The notes under the pieces: generated by a model
What the model was told of the DNA's origin: nothing
What the model saw: the letters and a program-made list of their open reading frames with translations, nothing else
Database searches by the model: none
Made by a program: the position numbers and the translations under genes
Shown here: one piece after another, positions 8,708 through 17,093 of the stretch
How the letters are laid out: each line of letters opens with the position of its first letter
Numbering within the stretch: position 1 is the first letter of the stretch
DNA from: Nitrospinota bacterium
GTDB lineage: Bacteria; Nitrospinota; Nitrospinia; JACRGO01
Length of the DNA: 61,754 bases
Direction of reading: 5' to 3'
Assembly: GCA_016212295.1 (NCBI GenBank)
Contig: JACRGO010000042.1
Coordinates: forward strand, 1 to 61,754

Positions 8708-11632
8708 ATGTCAACCGAAATAAAAAAATTGTGGGTCTCCATGGGACTGCATTTCGCGGCGGTGGCTAGCATCATGCTCTGCAGGACCTATGTTGATTTA
8801 TTGTTTCTGTCCACATACCCGAAGTCCTGGCTCCCTTTTTACTTCATGGGGCAGACCGTCGCGACCCTTGTTCTCACCTACATCATCACCCCGCAAATAT
8901 CAAAGGGATCACGTTTAAGAATCTTTCTGAACCTTGTCATCTGCTCCCTGACCCTTGTCGCCGCCATATTCCTAATGGACCTTGAAATAGACTATTTCCC
9001 CTTTGCCCTTTGCCTGTGGCTGGCCGCGTTTTCGGTCCTACTGGGCGTGATCTCCTGGAATTGCGTCGGGGACGCCTTTGACGCCAGGGCCTTTAAAAGG
9101 ATCATTCTATGGATTAACGTCGCCGGGAGCGTCGGCGGATTGGTGGTGGGCCTGCTCATCCCCTCCATAATTTACTGGTACAGCGCGGACATGCTCTTGT
9201 ATATATTGATCGTGCTGACCCTTGTCCAGGGATGCCTGGTATACATGCTGGAGCCTTTGCCGGCCTCCTCCAGGAAGATGAAGGGCGGGCAATCGCCGAT
9301 GAATTATACCCTGTTCAAGAGCCTGGCCGTGGGCGTGTTTCTGCTTTTTGTAGTTGACACATTCGCCGACTACGCGCTCAAGGCCGAGGTGGGCGCGGCT
9401 TACACCAAGGAAGGTATCGGCAAATTCATGGGGCCGTTTTACGGCCTTTCAAGCGTACTCATCCTGGCTGTCCAGTTTGGCGGGACCAATCATCTTATAA
9501 AATATTTCGGGATCGCGGGGCTTCTGGCGGTTTTGCCCGGGTTCTGTCTTCTCGTTAATCTGGGTATGATAGCGTATCCCGGCCTTTGGGTCGCCGCCGC
9601 CTTCCGCATGGGGGAGATGGTGTTCCGCTACAGCGTGGACAACATAGGCCGCGAGCTTGCCGCCAATCCGTTGCCAAGCCCCATACGAAAGGCCGGAAAG
9701 CTTTTCCTCAAGGGAGTGGTCACGCCCATCGGCTCCGGGGCCGGAGCGGTGGTCCTGTGGCTTCTGGCCGAAACTTTCGGGCTTCGCGGCATAGCCTTCG
9801 CCACGGTGGCGGTTTCAGGGTTCTGGATGCTTGCTAACAGGCAGACCAGGAACGCATATCAGTCCACCCTGGAAGAAACGGTAAAGCAGAAGCGCTTTAT
9901 CGCTGACATGGATGGAGATGATCCGGCTAGCCGGGAGGCGTCAATGGGCGTCGCTTTACAGGCCCTTGGGGAAAAGGACCCGGACTCCATACGCTTCGGG
10001 TTGGCCTTGCTTGAGGACATTAAATTTGACAAAATACCCCAACCGGCCTTGGAGCACCTGAATTCCGAACACCCGGACATAAGGGCCTCGGTGCTGAAAT
10101 TGGCGATGAGGGTACAGGACACTGGCATTGTCCCAAGGCTTGTGAAACAGCTTGAGGCGGAGCGGGAGCCGGAGGTCGTCTGGCGGCTGCTGGACGCCTT
10201 GGCAGCCATTGACCCCGCCTCAGCCTCGCCCTTCGCGGAAAAATTATTGAAAAGCCAGGACGCCGAGATCAGGGCCAGCGCGATCCTGGTCCTGATGCTG
10301 GCCGGGAGCCTTAGCCTGCTGGCGGAAGCCGTCAATTCCTTGAAGGACATGGTTTTCAGCTCTGATCCCTTGATGCGCAAGGGGGCCGCCCGCGCCATGG
10401 GCGCTTTAAAAGGGGGCAAACTCGGACAGGAACTGCGGTTATTGATTCACGACCCTAGCGAGGACGTGTGCATAACCACCATCAGGTCCGCTTCCCAGCG
10501 CCAATCACTGTGCCTGATTGAGGACATAGCCTCCAAATTGGGGCGGGGAAGGACGTCGCACTACGCGAGCCGGGCCCTGGCGGAATTGGGAGTGGCCACG
10601 GTCCCGCACCTTCTGAAGGCAGCGCGCCAGGGAAAGGAAAGGACCATTCGCGCCGCTATAAAGACGATGGCCATGATCCCCGGGGAAGAAGTGGAAGACG
10701 CCCTGGCGGAGGTCGCCTGCTCTGAAATGCCGCTTACCAGGAACATCGTGGCCAAGGAGTCGGCCTTGCGCGCCGGCCGCATGCCGGTTTCCAAGGCGTT
10801 CAGGAAAAAGGCCATTGGCTTCGTGGAAGAAGAGGCCGGCGCGATCAGGATATTGAAATCCGGAAGGACCTTGGATTCACTTTCGGGCTTCGTGAAGTCC
10901 GAGCTGTCGTGCCGCCTGGGACTGGCCCAGACCAGGCTGCTTCATTGGTTCGCGGTCTGCACGCGGCCTGCCGAGGTGATGGGGGTGATGCCCCTGGTCC
11001 TTTCCGGCGAAAGGTCCAAGGACACGGCCGCGCGTCGCGGCGCCGCAATGGAATTGCTTGACACTCTTGCGTCCGACAAGAGGTTGAAGAATTCCATATT
11101 GGAGTTTGAAAAGGAGGCCCGCGCCAATGGGAACGCGGAAAAACTCATGGAGGAACTTAAAAATCTGAATGACCCGTGGCTCAGGAGGGTCCTTTCAGAC
11201 GAATTTCATGAATATAAAGGAGTCCCGATGAATATAGCCCAAAAGGTAATGGCGTTTAAAAAGGTCAAATTATTTGAAAGTCTGCCAGGCGAAATATTAA
11301 TGACCATCGCCGAGGAAAGCGAAACCCGGGAAATGATAAAGGGCGCTAAAATAGTGTCAACCGGCGAGGCCTCTGACGGCCTGTATATAATCGCTTCAGG
11401 GACCGTGCGCATTGAAATAAACGGCCAGCCGGTAAGGACCTTGGGGGAGAGCGATTTTTTCGGCGAGGTTGGGCTTTTGGATGATTCAGCCCGGGCCGCT
11501 GACGCAGTGGCCAACGAGGATGGGCTGCTATTTTTCATAGGAAAGGAAACCTTCGGCGCGATCACGGAAGACCTGCCGGAAGTCATGCGCGCCGTGGTCA
11601 AGACCATCATCGGTTATCTCAAGAAAAAGTAA
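8708..11632 (+). CDS. polytopic transporter-like (TLC/MFS-like) membrane domain - HEAT repeats - cyclic-nucleotide-binding domain protein
   Basis: About 420 aa of TM helices, including an RKAGKLFLKGVVTPIGSGAGA segment. The middle section has HEAT-like repeats (DPDSIRFGLALL, HPDIRASVLKLA, DAEIRASAILVL, DPLMRKGAARAMG). The C-terminal cNMP-binding fold reads FFGEVGLLDDSARAADAVA. I chose the ATG at 8708; the ORF-track start at 8621 lies inside a repeat. Confidence 0.7.
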   Translation: MSTEIKKLWVSMGLHFAAVASIMLCRTYVDLLFLSTYPKSWLPFYFMGQTVATLVLTYIITPQISKGSRLRIFLNLVICSLTLVAAIFLMDLEIDYFPFALCLWLAAFSVLLGVISWNCVGDAFDARAFKRIILWINVAGSVGGLVVGLLIPSIIYWYSADMLLYILIVLTLVQGCLVYMLEPLPASSRKMKGGQSPMNYTLFKSLAVGVFLLFVVDTFADYALKAEVGAAYTKEGIGKFMGPFYGLSSVLILAVQFGGTNHLIKYFGIAGLLAVLPGFCLLVNLGMIAYPGLWVAAAFRMGEMVFRYSVDNIGRELAANPLPSPIRKAGKLFLKGVVTPIGSGAGAVVLWLLAETFGLRGIAFATVAVSGFWMLANRQTRNAYQSTLEETVKQKRFIADMDGDDPASREASMGVALQALGEKDPDSIRFGLALLEDIKFDKIPQPALEHLNSEHPDIRASVLKLAMRVQDTGIVPRLVKQLEAEREPEVVWRLLDALAAIDPASASPFAEKLLKSQDAEIRASAILVLMLAGSLSLLAEAVNSLKDMVFSSDPLMRKGAARAMGALKGGKLGQELRLLIHDPSEDVCITTIRSASQRQSLCLIEDIASKLGRGRTSHYASRALAELGVATVPHLLKAARQGKERTIRAAIKTMAMIPGEEVEDALAEVACSEMPLTRNIVAKESALRAGRMPVSKAFRKKAIGFVEEEAGAIRILKSGRTLDSLSGFVKSELSCRLGLAQTRLLHWFAVCTRPAEVMGVMPLVLSGERSKDTAARRGAAMELLDTLASDKRLKNSILEFEKEARANGNAEKLMEELKNLNDPWLRRVLSDEFHEYKGVPMNIAQKVMAFKKVKLFESLPGEILMTIAEESETREMIKGAKIVSTGEASDGLYIIASGTVRIEINGQPVRTLGESDFFGEVGLLDDSARAADAVANEDGLLFFIGKETFGAITEDLPEVMRAVVKTIIGYLKKK

Positions 11633-11694
11633 TGGAGACAGCCCTCATCAGGGAACAGGATAGCGCATAAAAATTAAGCGGTTTTGGCCTTGGA

Positions 11695-11724
11695 AAAAAT
11701 TCGCGCGCTTGGCCGCGAATTTTT
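11695..11724 (+). terminator. Rho-independent terminator candidate
   Basis: Perfect 11-bp stem AAAAATTCGCG / CGCGAATTTTT with an 8-nt loop and a T-run at the 3' side. It lies about 60 nt after the stop at 11632. Confidence 0.4.
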
Positions 11725-11812
11725 ACAGAGAGAAACATGATTTTATGTATTTTTTGGTTTAAAATATTTTTGGATGTTTTATATTTTGGCCAATATATAA
11801 AAATTTGCGGTT

Positions 11813-12091
11813 ATGAAGTATTTCGACTGGAATGATGAGAAAAATGAAATGCTTAAAAAAACGCGCAATGTATCATTTGAACAGGTTGAATTGGCAATTG
11901 TATCAGGAGACTTGATAGATAGACTAAAGCATCCGAATTCGGCAGAATATCCAAATCAGAAGGTATTTCTGGTGAAGATTGAAGATTATATTTACTCCGT
12001 GCCATTTGTTGAAGATAGCGAAAAAATATTTTTGAAAACAATAATACCGAACAAAAAGGCAACAAAAAAATATCTGGAAGGCAATAAATGA
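11813..12091 (+). CDS. brnT: BrnT-like (DUF497) toxin
   Basis: 92 aa. FDWNDEKNEMLKKTRNVSFEQV N-terminus and IFLKTIIPNKKATKKY C-terminus. 4-nt ATGA overlap with the next gene. Confidence 0.6.
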   Translation: MKYFDWNDEKNEMLKKTRNVSFEQVELAIVSGDLIDRLKHPNSAEYPNQKVFLVKIEDYIYSVPFVEDSEKIFLKTIIPNKKATKKYLEGNK

Positions 12092-12363
12092 AAAAAACAA
12101 CGTTAGACAAAGAAGAAATCGGGCTATCAAAATCACTTGAGAGCGAAGAGTGGGTTTCCGACCTGACGGAAAAAGAGAAAAAGCAATATGAAGAATATGC
12201 TCAATATAGTCTTAATAAACAAAGACGCATTAATATTCAAATAACCGAGCGGGATTTAATGAAAATCAGGGCCAAGGCAATCGAAGAGGGCATCCCGTAC
12301 CAATCACTTATTTCCATGATAATTCATAAATACAATGAAGGGAAAGTATCAATTAACCAGTGA
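12088..12363 (+). CDS. brnA: BrnA-like CopG/RHH antitoxin
   Basis: 91 aa. C-terminal RINIQITERDLMKIRAKAIEEGIPYQSLISMIIHKY resembles a ribbon-helix-helix antitoxin. Translationally coupled to brnT. Confidence 0.6.
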   Translation: MKKTTLDKEEIGLSKSLESEEWVSDLTEKEKKQYEEYAQYSLNKQRRINIQITERDLMKIRAKAIEEGIPYQSLISMIIHKYNEGKVSINQ

Positions 12364-12369
12364 GGTGAT

Positions 12370-13128
12370 ATGAAAAAAATATTGTTCATTATTTTCAGCT
12401 TTGTTCTAATCGGCTCCTCCCATGCGGGCGAGACCTTTAAATGCTCGAAATACGTCCCGGAAAATTTCCGGCTGGAAAAACCGGCAGAGTGTGACGACAC
12501 CGTGGTCTGGCATTATGATCTGCCGCAAACGGCCGATAAAAGCAGCGACAAGTCATTTGAAACCAGGGTGATTGACAATGTCATGGAAACCTCGAACATG
12601 GGGGGCGCGTCATTCACCTTTCCCTCAGGGGTCAAGAAAAACGTTTACCGGTCCTCTTTTCTGACCGGGAAGGAGGCATGCCTGTCAAGCCTTATAAAGG
12701 ACGCCAAGGTCGGCAGCATAATCAATTACTACTATGGCACCCTGAAAAGCGCCGACAACCTCTCGGAGGAAGAACGGAAGATGTTCGCGGACCTTGGGGG
12801 CAAGGTTTATATCCGGCCCTTGAATTACCAGTATAAGTTCAAGAAATTGCCCAAGGAGGAAATTTTCGCGAAGGTCGTGGAAATTATCAATCTGGTTGAG
12901 CACGCCCCCGGCAATGTGATAGTGCACTGTTACGGCGGGATTCACAGGACCGGGGTGTTGTTCGGCGTAATGCAGAAATGCCTGAACAAAGTCCCGGTGG
13001 AGGATGTTTTAAACGAATACAAATGCCACGCCGCATGGGAAAGCGAAAAGCGGCCAGGCGGCGCGGACCCGGATAACGAAACTGTTATCAGGGAATTCCC
13101 ATGCGAAAAAATAAATGACATGAAGTAG
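12370..13128 (+). CDS. secreted Cys-based protein tyrosine/dual-specificity phosphatase-like protein
   Basis: Signal peptide MKKILFIIFSFVLIGSSHA. CX5R active-site loop HCYGGIHRTG. Confidence 0.7.
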   Translation: MKKILFIIFSFVLIGSSHAGETFKCSKYVPENFRLEKPAECDDTVVWHYDLPQTADKSSDKSFETRVIDNVMETSNMGGASFTFPSGVKKNVYRSSFLTGKEACLSSLIKDAKVGSIINYYYGTLKSADNLSEEERKMFADLGGKVYIRPLNYQYKFKKLPKEEIFAKVVEIINLVEHAPGNVIVHCYGGIHRTGVLFGVMQKCLNKVPVEDVLNEYKCHAAWESEKRPGGADPDNETVIREFPCEKINDMK

Positions 13129-13146
13129 GCGCTTATCCGCCTGCTC

Positions 13147-13172
13147 ATAGCGCGGCATGGCCGCAATCAAAA
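13147..13172 (+). repeat. GCGGC-box (REP-like)
   Basis: ATAGCGCGGCATGGCCGCAATCAAAA. Confidence 0.85.
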
Positions 13173-13207
13173 CGTAATATATAAAGCCTTTTCCTGCTAT
13201 TCCTAAA

Positions 13208-14116
13208 ATGAAAAAAGATTTTGACGACGATGACGATTTAGAGGAATTGGATGACGATGGCTTCGATGGAGAGAAGAACGGGTCTGATTCCGAGGATTAT
13301 GATTATGATGACGACCTCGATGACTTAGAGGAGTTGGAGGACGAGGAAGACGTCAAGGCCAATGTGAAAACCGGCGCACCCCCTTTCCCCGCAAAGGAAA
13401 AGGCGGATGATCTGGCGGAAGCGGAAGAGGACGCATGGGAGGAAGAAGAGGTAAGGAAAGCCCCTTCTTCCGCGAAATTGGAAAAGAAGAAAGACGATGA
13501 CGACTCCTCATTTTTCGAGGAAGCGCCGGATGAGGAGGATGATCTTGGCATCACAAAGGGGCCGGCCGCGCATGTGGCGGAGCCAGTAACAGCAGCGTTC
13601 AAGGTCCCCGCTGCTGCCCCTTTCCTCGCCGCTGAAGCCGCCAAACCAGCCGCGAAAGGGGTCCAACCTGTTTTAATCATTCTTCCGGCGATAGCCATTC
13701 TGCTGGGTATCGGGCTCTACTTTTTCAAAGGAGGGAAAAGCGGGGACTTGGCGCCCGGCCAGCCATCGCAACAGGAAAAAACGGTCCCGCCAATCCAGAC
13801 GCCCGCTTTTAAAAAACCCAAAATCGATGATTCCATCCCTGACCATTACGAGGAAATGAAGAGAATTGAGATATCCGACCCTCTTAAAATCGCTTCGCTT
13901 GCCGATCGCGGTTTATTGAAAAAAAACGCCGAGGATTCCAGCCGGGAAGTAGGGAAGTTGACGCTTGTTCTTTATAAAACGGATGTTCGATATGTGGTCT
14001 CCCAGACCTATCATTATGCCGATGGCGGCAAATGGACGGTGGAAACACAGTTTTCCGACCTTGGCGCGGACCCGGAAGAGGTGGCCAAGGCGTTCGACGA
14101 TGTTTACGCGGGTTAA
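13208..14116 (+). CDS. hypothetical single-pass membrane protein with a hyper-acidic N-terminus
   Basis: The first ~110 aa are dominated by D/E runs (DDDDDLEELDDDGFDG, DYDYDDDLDDLEELEDEED). There is one TM helix, VLIILPAIAILLGIGLYFF. Confidence 0.5.
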   Translation: MKKDFDDDDDLEELDDDGFDGEKNGSDSEDYDYDDDLDDLEELEDEEDVKANVKTGAPPFPAKEKADDLAEAEEDAWEEEEVRKAPSSAKLEKKKDDDDSSFFEEAPDEEDDLGITKGPAAHVAEPVTAAFKVPAAAPFLAAEAAKPAAKGVQPVLIILPAIAILLGIGLYFFKGGKSGDLAPGQPSQQEKTVPPIQTPAFKKPKIDDSIPDHYEEMKRIEISDPLKIASLADRGLLKKNAEDSSREVGKLTLVLYKTDVRYVVSQTYHYADGGKWTVETQFSDLGADPEEVAKAFDDVYAG

Positions 14117-14336
14117 AAAAAATCGTAATAGTTCAGCCCTGTCTAATCCAAATGAGCTGTTATGCTGGTTTTTAATAACTCCGCCATTTATGGCGGAGAA
14201 ACGAAAACAACTACCAGGCTTTATCCATGACTTTACTGCCCGCGCATCGTGCGCTGACAGGCGAATACAATCAGGGCTAAAGCCCTAGTTAGTTTGTTCG
14301 CAGGCTCCAGCCTGTATCGTGTATCCTGCGTTTCCT

Positions 14337-15290
14337 TCATCTCATTTTAATAAGGACCTTCAACGCGCCTTTCCTTGAGGCGTGCTCGAACGCCTCAACC
14401 CCTTCCTCCAGGGAAAAGGTCTTTTCTATCAAGGGGCGGACGTCAACGGTTTTCATCCGGAGGGCCCGGATGGCGGGCCCGAACCGCCCGCACCTGGACC
14501 CCAGCAGAGTAATTTCGTTTATCACCAGGAAATTTAAATCCAGGCACTCCCAATGGGCAAGGGTGGTCTTCAGAACGATGGTCCCGCGCGGCTTCACTAT
14601 TTTCACGGCGAGCTTCATTCCCGAAGGCGAGCCTGCGCAGTCCACCACGAAATCAAACTCCCCTTCGGAAAAATTTGGCTCCAGCGCGGTTTTTATCCCC
14701 TTGCCTTTCAACAATTCCAATTTTTTTTCATGCCTCCCAACCACAAAAAGGTCGCAGCCGGTGAGGGAAAGGACCTGCGCCGCCAAAAGGCCCAGCCTGC
14801 CGTCCCCAAGGACGCAAACCCTGTCCCCTGGTTTTATATGGATCTGCTGGAGGATTTCAAAGGCCGCTGCAAGGGGCTCAATGAAGACCGCCTCCTCGTC
14901 TGATACGGAACCGGGTATAAGGTGGAGGTTCCTGGCAGGGAGAGTCAGATAGTCGGCGAAGGCGCCGTCCTTGTTCAGGATGCCCAGCACGGTCCGGTTA
15001 GGGCAATGGTTCCGCATCCTGTTCAGGCAACAGGGGCACACCCCGCAGCCAAGGTTGATCTCACCCGCGACCCTCTTCCCAAGAAGCCGCTCGTCTGCGC
15101 ATTCCTCAACAGTCCCGGCGAACTCATGGCCTGGTATCCCGTTGAAGCCCATGTAGCCACGGACGATTTCCAGGTCCGTGCCGCATATTCCCGCCACTGA
15201 GACCCTGACCAGGGCCTCGTTGTACTTGGGCTTGGGGACCGGGTGGTCCGTCAGGAATTGAAGTTTGTCCTTGAATAGTAAGGCGCGCAT
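14337..15290 (-). CDS. zinc-dependent medium-chain alcohol dehydrogenase family protein
   Basis: GICGTDLEIVRGY, GHEFAGTV, and the structural-Zn Cys cluster CGVCPCCLNRMRNHC. Confidence 0.8.
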   Translation of the reverse strand: MRALLFKDKLQFLTDHPVPKPKYNEALVRVSVAGICGTDLEIVRGYMGFNGIPGHEFAGTVEECADERLLGKRVAGEINLGCGVCPCCLNRMRNHCPNRTVLGILNKDGAFADYLTLPARNLHLIPGSVSDEEAVFIEPLAAAFEILQQIHIKPGDRVCVLGDGRLGLLAAQVLSLTGCDLFVVGRHEKKLELLKGKGIKTALEPNFSEGEFDFVVDCAGSPSGMKLAVKIVKPRGTIVLKTTLAHWECLDLNFLVINEITLLGSRCGRFGPAIRALRMKTVDVRPLIEKTFSLEEGVEAFEHASRKGALKVLIKMR

Positions 15291-16775
15291 TTAATCTCCC
15301 ATCTGTGCCTTTTGCAGTCTCCCGCTAAAATCCACATATATGGTCTTCCACTCCGTGTAGGCGTCGAGGACTGTCGGGCCGCCGTCGCGATAACCGTTCC
15401 CGGTGCCCTTCACGCCCCCGAAGGGCAGGTGGACTTCAGCGCCGATGGTGGGGGAGTTGACGTAGGAGATACCGGTTTCCAAACGCCCGGCAACGGAGAG
15501 GGCCTTGTTGATGTCCTTGGAGTAAATGGAGGCTGAAAGACCATAGTCGCAATCATTGGCTGTCTCCATCGCCTCTTCCAAGCTTCCGGCAATGAGGATG
15601 GATAGGACCGGACCGAAGATCTCTTCCCTCGCGACCCTCATGGACTTGTTCACGCCGGAAAATATGGTCGGCTTGAAAAACCAGCCGTTGGCGCATTCGG
15701 GGCTCATGCATCTCTCTCCGCCCAGCAAAAGGTTGGCGCCTTCCTTTAGACCGATATCCACATAGGCCCGGACTCTATTAAGCTGGGACTCGTTTATCAA
15801 GGGGCCGATCTGGTTTCTTTCATCCAGGCCGTTCCCGCATTTCAGTTTCCAGGCCTTTTCAACAAGCATGTCAGTGAATTTTTCCGCTATATTTTTGTGA
15901 AGTATCAGCCTGCTGGTGGAAGTGCATCTTTGGCCGGTGGTGCCAAAGGCGCCCCATAGGACGCCCTCCAAGGCGAGATCCAGGTCCGCGGCCTCGTCGA
16001 CAATCACCGCGTTCTTCCCTCCCAATTCCAGTGAAAACCGCTTCATGTTTTTTCCGCATGACTCAGAGACCTTTTTGCCGGTTTCATTGGATCCGGTGAA
16101 GGCGACCATGTCAATCCCAGGATGCCGCGCCAGGGACGCGCCCAGCTCCGGGCCGGTCCCGCAGACAAGGTTGAGCGCCCCGGGGGGGAGTCCGGCCTGT
16201 TCCAAAATTTCCACAAGGCGCAAGGCGGAGAGCGGGGCAGCAGGCGCGGGCTTTAAGACAACCGCGTTTCCGGCAAGGAGGGCCGGGAATATTTTCCAGG
16301 AAGGGACCGCCATTGGAAAGTTCCACGGAGTGATTGCCGCCACCACGCCCAGGGGGACCCTCATGGACATGCACCACTTGTCCTTCAGTTCCGAGGGCGT
16401 GGTATGGCCGAGAAATCTCCTTCCCTCCCCTCCTATATAGAAGGCCATGTCAACCGCCTCCCGCACGTCCCCTTCCGCCTCCTTGAGGATTTTCCCCATT
16501 TCGCGGGTGAGCTCCACGGCAAAAGAAGATTTTTTTTTCGACAGCAATTCTCCAGCGCGGAAGAGGACCTCTGCCCTCTTTGGCGCCGGGGTATTCTTCC
16601 AGGACGGAAACGCCTCCCTGGCCGACCTCACGGCTGAGTCTATATCCTCCGGCCCTGAATCCGGAAAAATACCCACGACTTCCCGCCAGTCGGCTGGATT
16701 GCGGTTCTCGTAGGTCTTGCCGGACCTGGACCCGGCCCATTTTCCGCCGATGAAATTTAAAAATACAGAGGACAT
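15291..16775 (-). CDS. NAD(P)-dependent aldehyde dehydrogenase family protein
   Basis: FTGSNETGKKV, LELGGKNAVIV and EEIFGPVLSI motifs. I chose the ATG at 16775 (MSSVFLNFIGGKW); the ORF-track extension to 16931 runs through a repeat. Its stop abuts the ADH start. Confidence 0.85.
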   Translation of the reverse strand: MSSVFLNFIGGKWAGSRSGKTYENRNPADWREVVGIFPDSGPEDIDSAVRSAREAFPSWKNTPAPKRAEVLFRAGELLSKKKSSFAVELTREMGKILKEAEGDVREAVDMAFYIGGEGRRFLGHTTPSELKDKWCMSMRVPLGVVAAITPWNFPMAVPSWKIFPALLAGNAVVLKPAPAAPLSALRLVEILEQAGLPPGALNLVCGTGPELGASLARHPGIDMVAFTGSNETGKKVSESCGKNMKRFSLELGGKNAVIVDEAADLDLALEGVLWGAFGTTGQRCTSTSRLILHKNIAEKFTDMLVEKAWKLKCGNGLDERNQIGPLINESQLNRVRAYVDIGLKEGANLLLGGERCMSPECANGWFFKPTIFSGVNKSMRVAREEIFGPVLSILIAGSLEEAMETANDCDYGLSASIYSKDINKALSVAGRLETGISYVNSPTIGAEVHLPFGGVKGTGNGYRDGGPTVLDAYTEWKTIYVDFSGRLQKAQMGD

Positions 16776-16835
16776 AATGAAATATCCTAACCCGAATAAA
16801 CCGGAAAAGAAAAGGAATGGAACGCGGATGACGCG

Positions 16836-17000
16836 GCGCGGCATGGCCGCAACCAAAATGAAAACAAAATCCCAAATGACAAATAGCAAATAAATTACAA
16901 TTACCGAATGCAAAAAACAATTCCTTTTCATTGTTTTTCCTTGTAATTTTGGTTATTGAGATTTATTTGTTATTTGACAATTGTTATTTGGAGTTTCATA
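16836..17000. repeat. GCGGC-box + family A word-hairpin element (full copy)
   Basis: GCGCGGCATGGCCGCAACCAAAATG, then an AT-rich left arm, the loop CCGAATGCAAAAAACAATTCC, and the right module TTGGTTATTGAGATTTATTTGTTATTTGACAATTGTTATTTGGAGTTTCAT. Confidence 0.9.
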
Positions 17001-17093
17001 AAGAGTTTTCTTGCATTTTCGCTAGATTTGCCCTTAACATTAAAAGATAAAATTTGATATTTCATCGCAAAGCTTTGCGGTTATTAATATTTT

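Noticed and set aside
14190-14285. tmRNA-like tag-coding resemblance: AACGAAAACAACTAC is similar to the start of common SsrA tag reading frames.
   Set aside because: No tRNA-like acceptor/T-arm (GGTTCGAATCC...CCA) is present on either side. The spacer is only about 220 nt. The downstream reading frame does not end in the usual hydrophobic tail, so this is probably a chance match.
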